From a virus, in the IMG/VR virus record IMGVR_UViG_3300035145_003920, positions 1 to 64,000 of that record: DNA of 64,000 nucleotides; one strand, written 5' to 3'. The notes under the pieces are model-generated. The model worked only from the letters and a program-made list of their open reading frames with translations, had not been told where the DNA came from and searched no databases. Position 1 is the stretch's first letter. Every line of letters begins with the position of its first letter. A program made the position numbers and the translations under genes. Of the stretch, positions 29,223-39,509 are shown one piece after another.

Positions 29223-31661
29223 TTAAGAAATTTCGTATAAGTTCATAGGAGACATTTCTGGTTTTTTAGAATTTTGTCTAATTAATGTAGATAATAATCT
29301 ATTTGTTTGTTCTCCTACTTTATTATCTTGTTGTGGTATATTAATTGATCCTGCTCCTGCTGAAATAACATCATTACCTCTAAATAAATTTGTACCAGCA
29401 ATTACTGTATCTCTATTATTTAATGATATAGCTCCTTCAGGGCCTAAAAGTACTCTACTTCCATACCCACCACTTGCTCCTTGAGGTTTAGATAATACAT
29501 CATCACCTTTTTCAGATTTGCCTAATAAACTAGCAATTCCTGCTATTGCAGCTCCTGCTGCTATAACACCTAAGGCAGCTTTAAATGGGTTTGCAATAGC
29601 ATAAGCTGCTGCCTGAGCCATAGCACTAGATTTTGATGATGCCGCTGTAAGTCTTAATAATCTATTTAATTTAGCAAACCCAGCTAAACCTTTTATTAAT
29701 TGGGCTCCAAACATTACTGCCATTATACTATTAATAGCAAATGAACTTTCTAAAATTTTACCAATTAAATTAGCAAAATTACCTAGGGGTCCATCTACAA
29801 GATTAACTAAAGTATCCTGCATTTTTGCAATAGCATCATTAAATTTTTCTTGGGTAGATAATGCTTCTACTCTTTTAGCTACTTCTTCACCTTGTTCTGC
29901 TGCTATGGTTTCAAAGTTTTTACCTCTATATTGTTCTAAAAGAAGCATATCACTCATTTGATCAACACTCATTCCTAAAGATTCAGCAAATGCTTCCTGT
30001 TGAATGCGGTTCATATTTGAAAAGTCACTAAAGTCACCCATTTGACTATTAATTTCTTCCATTAATGTAACTTGATCATTATTAAGAGCGGCTAATCTTG
30101 CCCTTTCTAAATTAATATCTCTACCAATTAATAATTCAGCTTGTAATTCACTTGTAATTGAACTTTCAAAATCTAATAATTTACCAGCAATTGAATTCAC
30201 ATCTTGTAAAGTCATTCCTAAAGCTTTAGCTTTTGCTACTGCTTCAGTTAATGCTTCTACTGAACCTTGATTTTGGACTAAGGCATAAGCACCTGCTTTA
30301 CCTACTTCGTCCATTACTTGTTTTATATTTAACTGAACTCCATATTGGGAACTAACTGATTGTGCTATTTCATAAGAAGCTAATTTTTGTTCATCAAAAC
30401 TAGCACCTGTAGCTTCTGCAAATAATTGTAATTGGGCAGCGGATTCTACTGATGCTCCTAATCTTTGGGTAATTTCAGCAAATGTAACAGAATTTTCAAG
30501 ATTTAATTTACCTTGTAATCCTAAAGCTTCATTAAATTGAGCTTGTGCTTCAGCTATTCTTTTAACATTAACAAAGGTTTCTGCGGAAGCATTAGCCATG
30601 TCCCCCATTTCTTGTCTTACATCTAAAGCCTCTTCGTAACTTAAATTTAAATTTTTCTGTAGGTCAACAACTTGTTTGTTTACACTTCCTGCTGCTTTAA
30701 CTAACATTGTAAATATAGCAAGGGGATCGGTTAATCCTTTAGCCATATTAGCTAAAGAACTTGTTATACCTGTAAGTGCTATTTTAGTCCTATTAGCAAA
30801 AGTACCAGCTTTCTCTGCAGCATCGGCATTAAGTTCACCTATTTTTTTCTGAGCTTTTTCTTGTCTTTCTTTTAAGACAGCTATTCTTTCTTCTTTTTCT
30901 GTAACCTCCCTTTGGGTTAAGTTTCCTTTTTCTAGTTCTTGTTGTAAATCTCCAATTTCATCTGAAGTTGATCTAATGATTCTATTTGCAAGAGCATATT
31001 TATGTTTAAATTCGTCACTTTCTTTAACTCCTTTAATAATCTCTCTTGAGAGATCAGCCATTTCTTCTTTAACTTCTCCTAATTTAAAATAAGAAGAAAA
31101 TTGTTTTAACCCAGGAAGATTAGTAATACTATCTAGAAGAGCTCCAGTAGCCCCTAAAGAATCTTCTATAGCTTCAGCTTCTCTTACTGATTCTGCTAAT
31201 TGTTGATTAAAAATAGATTCTAAATTTAAAATTCCAGTTAAATTAGATAATTGGGTTTTATCTAATTGTCCTTGTTCTTTTAATAATTTTAAATTGCTAA
31301 ATTGAATCTTGGCTTTTTCTTGTTCTTTTTTAGCTTGTTTAACAGTAACATTGTAAACACCCTCAGTACTATTATATAAATTTCGAGAGATATTAAATAA
31401 ATCTCTAGTACCCTTTACAATTTGTTGTGTTGTGGATTTTCCTTTAGTTAATTCATTTACTATACCTGAAAAAGAATTATATGTACTTCTGGCTGATACA
31501 TCTATATCATCTATATCATTTTGGATACTGCGAAGAATTCTTTCAGCTGTTTCTAGATTAGTAATATTATCAGTATTGAATATATCAGTTCTTCCTCCTA
31601 AACTATTTAATCGTTTAAGAGCATCTTCAATCTGTTTTAGCTTTTTATCTAGATCAGCCAT
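29223..31661 (-). CDS. Tape measure protein
   Basis: 812 aa, helical Ala/Gln/Leu-rich with hydrophobic C-terminal segments; follows tube and chaperone genes. Confidence 0.8.
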   Translation of the reverse strand: MADLDKKLKQIEDALKRLNSLGGRTDIFNTDNITNLETAERILRSIQNDIDDIDVSARSTYNSFSGIVNELTKGKSTTQQIVKGTRDLFNISRNLYNSTEGVYNVTVKQAKKEQEKAKIQFSNLKLLKEQGQLDKTQLSNLTGILNLESIFNQQLAESVREAEAIEDSLGATGALLDSITNLPGLKQFSSYFKLGEVKEEMADLSREIIKGVKESDEFKHKYALANRIIRSTSDEIGDLQQELEKGNLTQREVTEKEERIAVLKERQEKAQKKIGELNADAAEKAGTFANRTKIALTGITSSLANMAKGLTDPLAIFTMLVKAAGSVNKQVVDLQKNLNLSYEEALDVRQEMGDMANASAETFVNVKRIAEAQAQFNEALGLQGKLNLENSVTFAEITQRLGASVESAAQLQLFAEATGASFDEQKLASYEIAQSVSSQYGVQLNIKQVMDEVGKAGAYALVQNQGSVEALTEAVAKAKALGMTLQDVNSIAGKLLDFESSITSELQAELLIGRDINLERARLAALNNDQVTLMEEINSQMGDFSDFSNMNRIQQEAFAESLGMSVDQMSDMLLLEQYRGKNFETIAAEQGEEVAKRVEALSTQEKFNDAIAKMQDTLVNLVDGPLGNFANLIGKILESSFAINSIMAVMFGAQLIKGLAGFAKLNRLLRLTAASSKSSAMAQAAAYAIANPFKAALGVIAAGAAIAGIASLLGKSEKGDDVLSKPQGASGGYGSRVLLGPEGAISLNNRDTVIAGTNLFRGNDVISAGAGSINIPQQDNKVGEQTNRLLSTLIRQNSKKPEMSPMNLYEIS

Positions 31662-31674
31662 AAAGGTTGTTTAT

Positions 31675-31682
31675 TATAAATA
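31675..31682 (-). promoter_or_regulatory. Putative late promoter TATTTATA
   Basis: Immediately upstream of the tape measure ATG. Confidence 0.7.
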
Positions 31683-31685
31683 TTG

Positions 31686-31967
31686 TTATTTATAACTTGT
31701 TTTACCTTTTGCTCCCTTTAAGAAATCAGGAGCTTGTACTTTGCCATCTTTACCTATTACAGTAACTTGGTCTTTGGAATCTTGTGTTTTTTGATTTTCC
31801 TTAGCTTGTTTAGCATACCACTCTTCTATAAATTTAAAAGTAGCATTTCTAAGCCATACAGGCATATTATAAACAGTTTGATAGTCATATCCACCTTTAC
31901 CATGGAATACTATCTCATGTATTTGTCTAAATAAACCTTTTCTATAAGTTGGCGTCAGGCCAAAAAA
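31686..31967 (-). CDS. Frameshift-accessed tail chaperone extension (gp51/GT-like)
   Basis: 93-codon open frame FFGLTPTYRKGLFRQIHEIVFHGKGGYDYQTVYNMPVWLR... with no 5' ATG, entered at the T7 run 31962-31968. Confidence 0.7.
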   Translation of the reverse strand, partial: FFGLTPTYRKGLFRQIHEIVFHGKGGYDYQTVYNMPVWLRNATFKFIEEWYAKQAKENQKTQDSKDQVTVIGKDGKVQAPDFLKGAKGKTSYK

Positions 31968-32676
31968 AGCTGAGGTTAATTGGGATGATACGGTCTCTTC
32001 CGTCTGAGCTCCGAAAGGACAAATCCACGTCAGGCATGCACTCTTTGTACTTTTGCCTTAACGCGCGTGAATCCATAGCTAATAAATAATTATCTACAAA
32101 TTCCCCAATGACCTTGGGAGTTCCGTCTCCTTCTACGGAAGTTATAATGGTTTTTAAACGAGTAGAAATTTCTGGAGAGGCATCTGGAGTAATTTTCTTA
32201 ATACCATCTAAATCTTTTTCAATTTTCTTTTCGTCTTTACCGGTTAATAATTTAAATTTTATTTTATTACCTGAATTAGGTAATTCATAATCAAATTCGT
32301 TTGTATGTTTAGGTAAATTATCAAAATCAATCTTAACATTTTCTAACTTTGTTAAATCAATATTTTCTTCTTTACCTGCTATTTTAATAGGATAATTTTT
32401 ACCATATCCTAAAATTCTTGCTGATATAAGTAATGCACTTTTATCTCCTGTTATCATATCATCTAGATCAAACTTAGGGGAAATAATTAGGGAAGATAAT
32501 AGTTTATCTAAAACAGTACCATCTTGAATATAATTTGCATTAGTAAGAATATCCTCTTCTTTAGCAGTCATGTATTTCATTTCTACTATACCACTTGATA
32601 GGGGATGTTCTTCAGGATAAAACCAACCTTTTGAAGGTAATTTAACTTCTTCAGTTGGGAATTTAAAGTCGGGCAT
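31942..32676 (-). CDS. Tail/baseplate assembly chaperone (gp26-like)
   Basis: LPSKG, MTAKEEDIL, C-terminal FFWP; between tube and tape measure genes. Confidence 0.8.
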   Translation of the reverse strand: MPDFKFPTEEVKLPSKGWFYPEEHPLSSGIVEMKYMTAKEEDILTNANYIQDGTVLDKLLSSLIISPKFDLDDMITGDKSALLISARILGYGKNYPIKIAGKEENIDLTKLENVKIDFDNLPKHTNEFDYELPNSGNKIKFKLLTGKDEKKIEKDLDGIKKITPDASPEISTRLKTIITSVEGDGTPKVIGEFVDNYLLAMDSRALRQKYKECMPDVDLSFRSSDGRDRIIPINLSFFWPDANL

Positions 32677-32723
32677 AATCTTTATTTTAATTAAAACGTT
32701 TTGTCAGTAATAAATATTAAGAT

Positions 32724-32749
32724 AAAAAAAAGCTTGACCGAAGCCAAGC
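32724..32749 (-). terminator. Rho-independent terminator after tail tube
   Basis: GCTTGGC-TTCG-GTCAAGC followed by T8. Confidence 0.85.
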
Positions 32750-32779
32750 AATTTTTCAAAAGTATGAGGGTTGGGTTTT

Positions 32780-33268
32780 TTAGAAGTTTAATACACAATA
32801 ATCTGGTTGTACAGTCATTGTGAGTTCTTGTGCGGCATTTTCTTGATCCCAGTTATAATCACCAAAGTTAGCTTCAGTAATTATAGCACCTTTAATAATC
32901 CATTCAGATACGATATCTCCTACAGGACCTAATACGTTTACAGTTAAGTCTTTTTTATAGAAATCACTGTATCCATCTCTACCTGTTACTGATTCATGGT
33001 GTAATCTTACCCACTCCATTACAGCTTGAGCACCTGATGGTGTAATAGGATCAAATAATGTGAACTGGATTGTATTCCAAACTGTTTTTCCTTTAACATA
33101 ACGTTGAACGTTAATATGATTTAAAGGCACAGTCCCTTGGGTTACAGATACGGCTCCGACACCCTTCATAATGTACGAAGGAAATCCATCAATATAAAGA
33201 ATAAATCTATTCTTTTGTTTTGGCTCAAATGCCGTATAAAAAATTTCGTTAGGATCTAATACTGCCAT
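32780..33268 (-). CDS. Tail tube protein (gp19-like)
   Basis: 162 aa directly after the sheath; EPKQKNRF...KGKTVW...W pattern. Confidence 0.88.
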   Translation of the reverse strand: MAVLDPNEIFYTAFEPKQKNRFILYIDGFPSYIMKGVGAVSVTQGTVPLNHINVQRYVKGKTVWNTIQFTLFDPITPSGAQAVMEWVRLHHESVTGRDGYSDFYKKDLTVNVLGPVGDIVSEWIIKGAIITEANFGDYNWDQENAAQELTMTVQPDYCVLNF

Positions 33269-33286
33269 TTTATGTTTTTATTTTAT

Positions 33287-33294
33287 TATAAATA
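33287..33294 (-). promoter_or_regulatory. Putative late promoter TATTTATA
   Basis: Upstream of the tube gene. Confidence 0.7.
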
Positions 33295-33310
33295 TTCTAC
33301 TTTTTAATTT

Positions 33311-35566
33311 TTATTCTGGAAATACTGCTCCTGTTGGTAATACATTGAAATCTAGCATAATAAATTCAGCTGTTCTAGTTGGTTGGATATAAATCTGACC
33401 TACTAATTGATTTCTATCAATTACATCTGGAGTATTGTTAGTATCATCCATTACTACTTTAAATGCGTACAATCCTTGTCTTTGTTGTACTGATTCTAAG
33501 TAAGGATTAACTTGACCTAAGAATATATTTCTTGTAGCAATTGTATTTTGTTCAAATACTAAGTTATCAGCTACTTGAGAGATAAAGCTCTTAAGTTGAA
33601 TTAATAATCTTCTTACATTTACTCTATCTAATGCACTAGCTCTTTTCTGTAGTGTTTTCTGACCAAATACTACAACTCCAGTTCCTGGGAATGTAGCAAT
33701 TGGGTTGATATTAGCTTCGTATAATGAATCTCTATTTGTTGTAGTTAATTTTCTTTCTGCTTTAGTTACATTACCAAGAGCACCTCTTGTTAATCCAGCA
33801 GGAGCAAACCAAGCATCACTTGATCTATCAGTAAATGCATATACTCCTGGAATCATTGTTGAAGCAGGTACCCAAACAACTTGTCCAATATTTGGATCAA
33901 CTGTTTGTAACCATGGCCAGTAAGTAGCAGCATATGAACTATCGAATGCAGCAGCATTACCAATCATTGTACCAATGTTTGTTCCGTATCCATCTAAATC
34001 AATTACTGCGATACAATCTTGACGAGTTTCTGCAGTGCTAACTAATAAAGTAACTGCTGTACTGTGATCTGAATTATTTAATCCAGGTGCAGTTAATAAA
34101 TTAAATCTATAATCATCTTTATTTGATAATAATTGGATTGATGCTGTATAATCTAATTGATTTAAACCTTGAACATCACTACCAATTGCATCATAGAATT
34201 TAGCATTTGCTCCAAATAATTTACCTTCACCTCCAGTAAATGAACCTGAAGAAATTAATGGTAAGCTTGCAGTAAATTCTGATTTAGCATCACCTGCATT
34301 ATCAAAATAATCTGGTGTTTTATAATTTACAGCAGATACTCTTACATATTTACTTCTGTTAATATATTCACCTTGAGAACGTACATATGAATCTGTACCA
34401 TCTTCTACGATTGAGTAACTTGTGTTACCAATTACTTTTTCTACGTAATTTGGTGATTTTGGATCTAATGATAAATTAGACCAAGTTTCTAATATTGATT
34501 TGTTTCTATGGCTATCATTTCCTCTTCTAACTAATAAGCTAAATGTACCTGAACCTGTGTTTCTTGAAGCAATTTCCCATCTTACATTATCTACTGAACC
34601 ACTAGCTAAAGCTCCATTTGAGAATGAAGATCCTGAGTTGTTCATCATTTCACCTTCTGATAGAGTAGTTAATACGAAAGGAACTCCGTTAATAACATCT
34701 CCAGCTCCTAAAGCACTATATGATAAATCACTTGCACTTCCAATTTGTCCACCTGCTACACTTAATACTTCTCCAACAGCATATCCACTTCCTCCTGAAA
34801 CTACTGAAGTTGAAGTAACTTCTACAAATAAATCAGAAGATTGTAATGTAACTATTGAAGCTGTATTACCACCAATTATATCTGAACCAATTGTTAATGT
34901 ATCTCCTGCAGCATATCCACTACCTGTAGAAGTTGCTGTGATTGAAGTTACAGCACTTTCAGATACTACTACATTTAATACAGCACCTGTTCCACTACCA
35001 TTTGTACTTGGGGATAAAGAATAAGTATTATCAACAGCGTCTGATGAGTTTGATGAGATTGATGAAGTTAAAGCATCAAGTCCACCTAATAATTTACCAT
35101 TACCATTACTAGTAACAATAGTTAATGAAGCACCTTCTCCACTTAATGAACCAGTTGGAGTAACTGTATAAGAACTAGCTGCTCCTCCTTCTCCTCCGCT
35201 ACCAACGGATAATGAAGCACCAGTATCAAGAACTCCACTTTCTGCTTCGTTGTACATTCTATCTGAAGATGCACCTTGGAATGAACCAGATACAACTCTA
35301 GTTACTAATAACGATTCCCCACCTTGAGAGAAATAATTGTTAGCTGAAATAGACGTTAAATATGTGTATTCAGAAGATCCACTAGTAACTGCTCCACCGA
35401 AAACTGCTTGATATTCACTAAATGAAGTTACTAATGTAGGAATACCAACAGGACCTTTAGCAGCAGGTCCAACGATAGCAGCTCCTGCTTCTACGGGTTG
35501 ACCTTGAATAAAAGATTGGTCGTTTTCGCGAGCCAATACACCAGGTGAGATTAATGTTTCTGCCAT
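33311..35566 (-). CDS. Contractile tail sheath protein (gp18-like)
   Basis: SPGVLAREND, WFAPAGLTRG, RVNVRRL, FEQN, PTRTAEFI. Confidence 0.95.
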   Translation of the reverse strand: MAETLISPGVLARENDQSFIQGQPVEAGAAIVGPAAKGPVGIPTLVTSFSEYQAVFGGAVTSGSSEYTYLTSISANNYFSQGGESLLVTRVVSGSFQGASSDRMYNEAESGVLDTGASLSVGSGGEGGAASSYTVTPTGSLSGEGASLTIVTSNGNGKLLGGLDALTSSISSNSSDAVDNTYSLSPSTNGSGTGAVLNVVVSESAVTSITATSTGSGYAAGDTLTIGSDIIGGNTASIVTLQSSDLFVEVTSTSVVSGGSGYAVGEVLSVAGGQIGSASDLSYSALGAGDVINGVPFVLTTLSEGEMMNNSGSSFSNGALASGSVDNVRWEIASRNTGSGTFSLLVRRGNDSHRNKSILETWSNLSLDPKSPNYVEKVIGNTSYSIVEDGTDSYVRSQGEYINRSKYVRVSAVNYKTPDYFDNAGDAKSEFTASLPLISSGSFTGGEGKLFGANAKFYDAIGSDVQGLNQLDYTASIQLLSNKDDYRFNLLTAPGLNNSDHSTAVTLLVSTAETRQDCIAVIDLDGYGTNIGTMIGNAAAFDSSYAATYWPWLQTVDPNIGQVVWVPASTMIPGVYAFTDRSSDAWFAPAGLTRGALGNVTKAERKLTTTNRDSLYEANINPIATFPGTGVVVFGQKTLQKRASALDRVNVRRLLIQLKSFISQVADNLVFEQNTIATRNIFLGQVNPYLESVQQRQGLYAFKVVMDDTNNTPDVIDRNQLVGQIYIQPTRTAEFIMLDFNVLPTGAVFPE

Positions 35567-35593
35567 TTTATATGTTTAATTTATTTATTTATT

Positions 35594-35601
35594 TATAAAT
35601 A
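35594..35601 (-). promoter_or_regulatory. Putative late promoter TATTTATA
   Basis: Upstream of the sheath gene. Confidence 0.7.
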
Positions 35602-35621
35602 TTAAAAAATTCTTTAAAGAA

Positions 35622-35873
35622 CTAAGAGGTTTTTGAACTATCTAAATTTTCTGGTTCAATTGGGGTAATTTCTCCAGTACTCAAGTTTATTTTACCATCT
35701 CCATACTTTTTAGTTAAATCACTACCCAATTCATTTTGCTGTTGCGCCAGCTCTCGATATTGATCAACTAAACCAATTTTTTGTAATTCTAATTCTCCAA
35801 TCGCAAATATAATTTCATTACTTATTTGTTGATTAGATTGTACTTTTTGCAACTCTTCTTTAGACAACTTCAT
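35622..35873 (-). CDS. Small coiled-coil protein
   Basis: 83 aa, KYGDGKINLSTGEI; own late motif at 35886-35893. Confidence 0.75.
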   Translation of the reverse strand: MKLSKEELQKVQSNQQISNEIIFAIGELELQKIGLVDQYRELAQQQNELGSDLTKKYGDGKINLSTGEITPIEPENLDSSKTS

Positions 35874-35902
35874 ACTTTCTTTTGTTATAAATATATATAG
35901 GT

Positions 35903-36991
35903 TTATTTAAATTCCAATAGTTTAACTAGTGTTTTGAATACTTTTTGAGGTGTAATTACTTTATGGCAAATATGTTGTAAAGGTGTATTTTTATTTTCAG
36001 GACACCAATTCCAATCTCCTTTATCAAATTGATAATTTTTATTTACCCAACAATTATTACATACAGAATAGTCTTCTACTTTAGTTAAACCTTGTGTAAA
36101 TTCATACCCATAGGGTATAAAATTATTTATCATTAGTGTAGGTTTTCCTACAGCCCAATTAAACCAAGATAACCCTGAACCTAATCCTATAAAATATTCT
36201 GCATGGTATAGGTAGTTATAGGTATTTTCCCAATTTAATTTGGGTTTGTTTATGATATTTTTTTTATTATGGTCTTCATAGGATATATCTACTACTTTAT
36301 ATCCTTTATCATTTAACATTCCTGCTAATTCTTCCCAGTAATTATAAGGCCATTCTTTTAATCCCGCAGTTGAATGTGGTCCTATACAAATGTATTTTTC
36401 TTTTAATGGTCTTTCTTTAGGTTTGAAATCAATACCATGGTTTATTTCTTTATAAGGCAAATTTAATATATCAGTAGCTGCCTGGATTAATGGGATAGTA
36501 TTTGGTTTATTTGGGTGATAAGAACCTTCATCCCATGTATCATTAGTTATAAACCACCCTATTTCAAAACAAGCATAGTAATCTCCACCTTCCCCAGGTT
36601 CAACTAAATTAATATCTTTATATTTAGGTAAATTTTTAAACCATTCATTATGAAAAGTAGATAAAGAAACTTTACATTTATATTTTTTAGCAAATTCAAT
36701 TGCTTGAGGAGCCCATGCTAATGTATCTCCTATTGATTTTGATGATAATGATATTCTAATATGTTTGCCTTTAGGATTAAATTTATGAACTATTTTATTA
36801 TTAACTTTAATTACCCAAGGAGTATGCCATTTTTGACTACATTTACTCCACATATTATTTTGGATATTAGTAGAGTATACAAGTTTATTAGTTTTAGAAT
36901 CAATAAACTCAACAAAATAGTTTTGTTTAACATCCCCTATTACTTCTACTTTAGGAGCATAATCAAAAGAAATTTTTATTTTATTTTTCAT
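35903..36991 (-). CDS. Aah/TibC-like O-heptosyltransferase (GT9-related)
   Basis: SIGDTLAW, FIGLGSGLSW, C-terminal CNNCW...WCP...C metal-binding motif. Confidence 0.8.
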   Translation of the reverse strand: MKNKIKISFDYAPKVEVIGDVKQNYFVEFIDSKTNKLVYSTNIQNNMWSKCSQKWHTPWVIKVNNKIVHKFNPKGKHIRISLSSKSIGDTLAWAPQAIEFAKKYKCKVSLSTFHNEWFKNLPKYKDINLVEPGEGGDYYACFEIGWFITNDTWDEGSYHPNKPNTIPLIQAATDILNLPYKEINHGIDFKPKERPLKEKYICIGPHSTAGLKEWPYNYWEELAGMLNDKGYKVVDISYEDHNKKNIINKPKLNWENTYNYLYHAEYFIGLGSGLSWFNWAVGKPTLMINNFIPYGYEFTQGLTKVEDYSVCNNCWVNKNYQFDKGDWNWCPENKNTPLQHICHKVITPQKVFKTLVKLLEFK

Positions 36992-38060
36992 TTAATAATG
37001 ATTCATAAAATTTAATATGGTTATTAGCAAATTCACTAACTGAATTAGTAATATTTTTAGAATTATATTTAATAGGTGAATGTATTGTTTCTATTAAATT
37101 ATTTTTATCAGTAAATAAATTACCTGTTAATGGTGTAATAAAAGGAGTATATTCATCTCCATAATGATCTAAGTTATAAGCCATTATCTTAATATTATTT
37201 GAAATAGCTTCTTTTAATACTATTGGATTACATTCCCAATTAGAAGTAAATAACATTAAATCTGACATTTTAAAGAAAATATCTGTATCATTTCTTTCTC
37301 CCCAAATTAAAACATTAGGAGGAAATTCTTTCATTAATGGTTCCCAATATTTTTTAAAGTTAGGAGCTTGGTTACCTACAAAATGAAAAATATAAGTGTG
37401 TCCATATTTCTCATATAAGTTTTTTGCTATTTCTAAAGCATATCCTTGATTTTTTCCTGGGGTCCATAATCCTATATTTACTATATGGTATTCACCTTTT
37501 AATAAATAACCTTTTTCAGTTAATATTTCATTCCTTGTTTTAGATGATTGTATAAGAGGATCAATTGGGAATGTAATTAAACTTTTTTTACCTTTTTGGT
37601 CTTTGAAAGTGTTTTCTATATGATGAGGTGTAACACAAGCATATCCATCAGGCTCATGTAATTTTCTTTCTGTAGGATTAAAATAAATATTATGACAAGT
37701 TTCTACTACTTTCCAAGGATGTTTTTTATCATATAATTCTTTTTGCAGCTTAGGATCAAATGAATTACCTGGGTCAAATCCTTCTGGAATTTCTTCTATG
37801 TGGATAATATTAATATCTTTTTCATAACAAAGATTTATAATACCTTTTTGAGCATTTTTATTTCCTAAAAAGCTATAAAAATTTTCTCCTAATAATTTTT
37901 GAATTTGTTTTCTTTGAACAACATAATCATTGCTGTAGCACTTCCATTCAACTACATAAACTTCCCAATCAGTATGTTGTTGTATTGCCTCAATACGTTT
38001 TAATAAAAACGCGGGCATTCCTCCTGTGCTTAAATGTGGTGCTATAAATAAAACTTTCAT
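36981..38060 (-). CDS. Glycosyltransferase (GT4-like)
   Basis: PHLSTGGMP, GLWTPGKNQ, FTSNWECNPIVLKEA. Confidence 0.85.
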   Translation of the reverse strand: MKVLFIAPHLSTGGMPAFLLKRIEAIQQHTDWEVYVVEWKCYSNDYVVQRKQIQKLLGENFYSFLGNKNAQKGIINLCYEKDINIIHIEEIPEGFDPGNSFDPKLQKELYDKKHPWKVVETCHNIYFNPTERKLHEPDGYACVTPHHIENTFKDQKGKKSLITFPIDPLIQSSKTRNEILTEKGYLLKGEYHIVNIGLWTPGKNQGYALEIAKNLYEKYGHTYIFHFVGNQAPNFKKYWEPLMKEFPPNVLIWGERNDTDIFFKMSDLMLFTSNWECNPIVLKEAISNNIKIMAYNLDHYGDEYTPFITPLTGNLFTDKNNLIETIHSPIKYNSKNITNSVSEFANNHIKFYESLLNEK

Positions 38061-38093
38061 TGTATGATAATATAAAAACCCTAATTTAAATTA

Positions 38094-38978
38094 TCACGGA
38101 ACATCATTAATATTCCCTGTTGTTTCTGAGGTAATAGTAATTTTAGATTTTGAATTAAACTTTTTAATTGCATTTAAATCTTTTTGTATTACATCAGGTA
38201 CAATATAACCTCTTAAATTTATATTAAATGTACCTTTTACTAATCTATCTTTATCAGCTGTTATTTCTACTGCTGTTGTAAACTGATCAATACGAGTATT
38301 GAATTTAAATCTTTCAGGATCACCCCAATATGAATCAGAAGCATATTCTACTGCTTCAATTACTTTATTTAATTGTTCCATATAATATGTCTGTATAATA
38401 CAACTATAAGTTATATTAAGATAATCAGGAACAACTACAGCATTAAATTCTTTAGTAGCAATTCTATTATTTAATAAATTAAAATTATTATAAGTATTTT
38501 TCTTATTAAATGCCTTTTGAAATCCTGCATATAAATTAGCATTAGGTGAGTTAGCATCTAATTTATTATATAATGTTCTATCTTTTGCAATAGTATCTCT
38601 TTTAATTACAATAATAGGTAACATTACAGATCCACCTTTATCTCTATAAAATCCATCTCTTTGAAATGATTTCCATCTTTCAGGATTACCGTAGATAATA
38701 GGAACTGATCTTCTTTCACCATTTTGATATACAAATGGTTTTATAACATTATTAAAATAATAAAATACTGCTTCATCAATATCCTTGATACCAACTGAAA
38801 ATTGTTTTGAGGTATCTTTCTTTTGACTAATTTTAGTTGATCTATTAAATTCAATTCCAGTTTGAGATTTATTTGGATTTAAATCTTTATTAGGATTACC
38901 CCTTTTAGTATCAAAAGGCTTAACTAAGCTTTTGCTAATTTCTTCTTGTTTTTTAGGATATGGTTTAAAATTAGGCAT
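38094..38978 (-). CDS. Tail terminator / sheath stabiliser (gp15-like)
   Basis: VPIIYGNPERW; follows the neck genes. Confidence 0.7.
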   Translation of the reverse strand: MPNFKPYPKKQEEISKSLVKPFDTKRGNPNKDLNPNKSQTGIEFNRSTKISQKKDTSKQFSVGIKDIDEAVFYYFNNVIKPFVYQNGERRSVPIIYGNPERWKSFQRDGFYRDKGGSVMLPIIVIKRDTIAKDRTLYNKLDANSPNANLYAGFQKAFNKKNTYNNFNLLNNRIATKEFNAVVVPDYLNITYSCIIQTYYMEQLNKVIEAVEYASDSYWGDPERFKFNTRIDQFTTAVEITADKDRLVKGTFNINLRGYIVPDVIQKDLNAIKKFNSKSKITITSETTGNINDVP

Positions 38979-39508
38979 TAAAATCTTTCTTTATAAGGTG
39001 AAATAGCTACTTTATCAGCAGGTATTTTATATGTGTTACAAATAATAGATAAATTAACTCCAAAATCTTCTAATCCAGGATTAAGTGGATTAGGAGTACC
39101 ATCAGAGTTATTATTAGGATATGATGGGTTTTTACCTACAAAATATTCGTTTGCAACTACTGAATCAACACCATAATATGATTTTTGATATAATAAAATA
39201 TCTCCTACTTCTGGTACTACATTAGCATCTACTAAATCATCTCTTAAAAATGCAAATGATATATTTTGAGCAAATCCTACCCCTTCATCTACATCAGGGT
39301 AAGTTGGATCTTGCCTGTTAATAAGACAATTAAATAAGAAAGGACCATCATAATATTTTTCACCTGATGCTTCGCCATACAAATTAACTATAGTTTCCTC
39401 TAGTTTATATTTGTAAAAGGCAGCTTGCTGTGTGATAATATCATGTAATAGCTCCCTATTAAGTCCTCTTATTAAACTCACATCTCGTGAGCGACCAAAC
39501 ATTGCCAT
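38978..39508 (-). CDS. Neck protein (gp14-like)
   Basis: NLYGEA, PEVGDIL; T4-like gene order. Confidence 0.72.
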   Translation of the reverse strand: MAMFGRSRDVSLIRGLNRELLHDIITQQAAFYKYKLEETIVNLYGEASGEKYYDGPFLFNCLINRQDPTYPDVDEGVGFAQNISFAFLRDDLVDANVVPEVGDILLYQKSYYGVDSVVANEYFVGKNPSYPNNNSDGTPNPLNPGLEDFGVNLSIICNTYKIPADKVAISPYKERF

Positions 39509-39509
39509 A

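Noticed and set aside
31734-31934. Plus-strand 66-aa ORF in the chaperone-tape measure gap
   Set aside because: Antisense to the more convincing frameshift-accessed minus-strand frame
34500-35024. Plus-strand 174-aa ORF
   Set aside because: Antisense shadow of the Ser/Gly-rich sheath insertion
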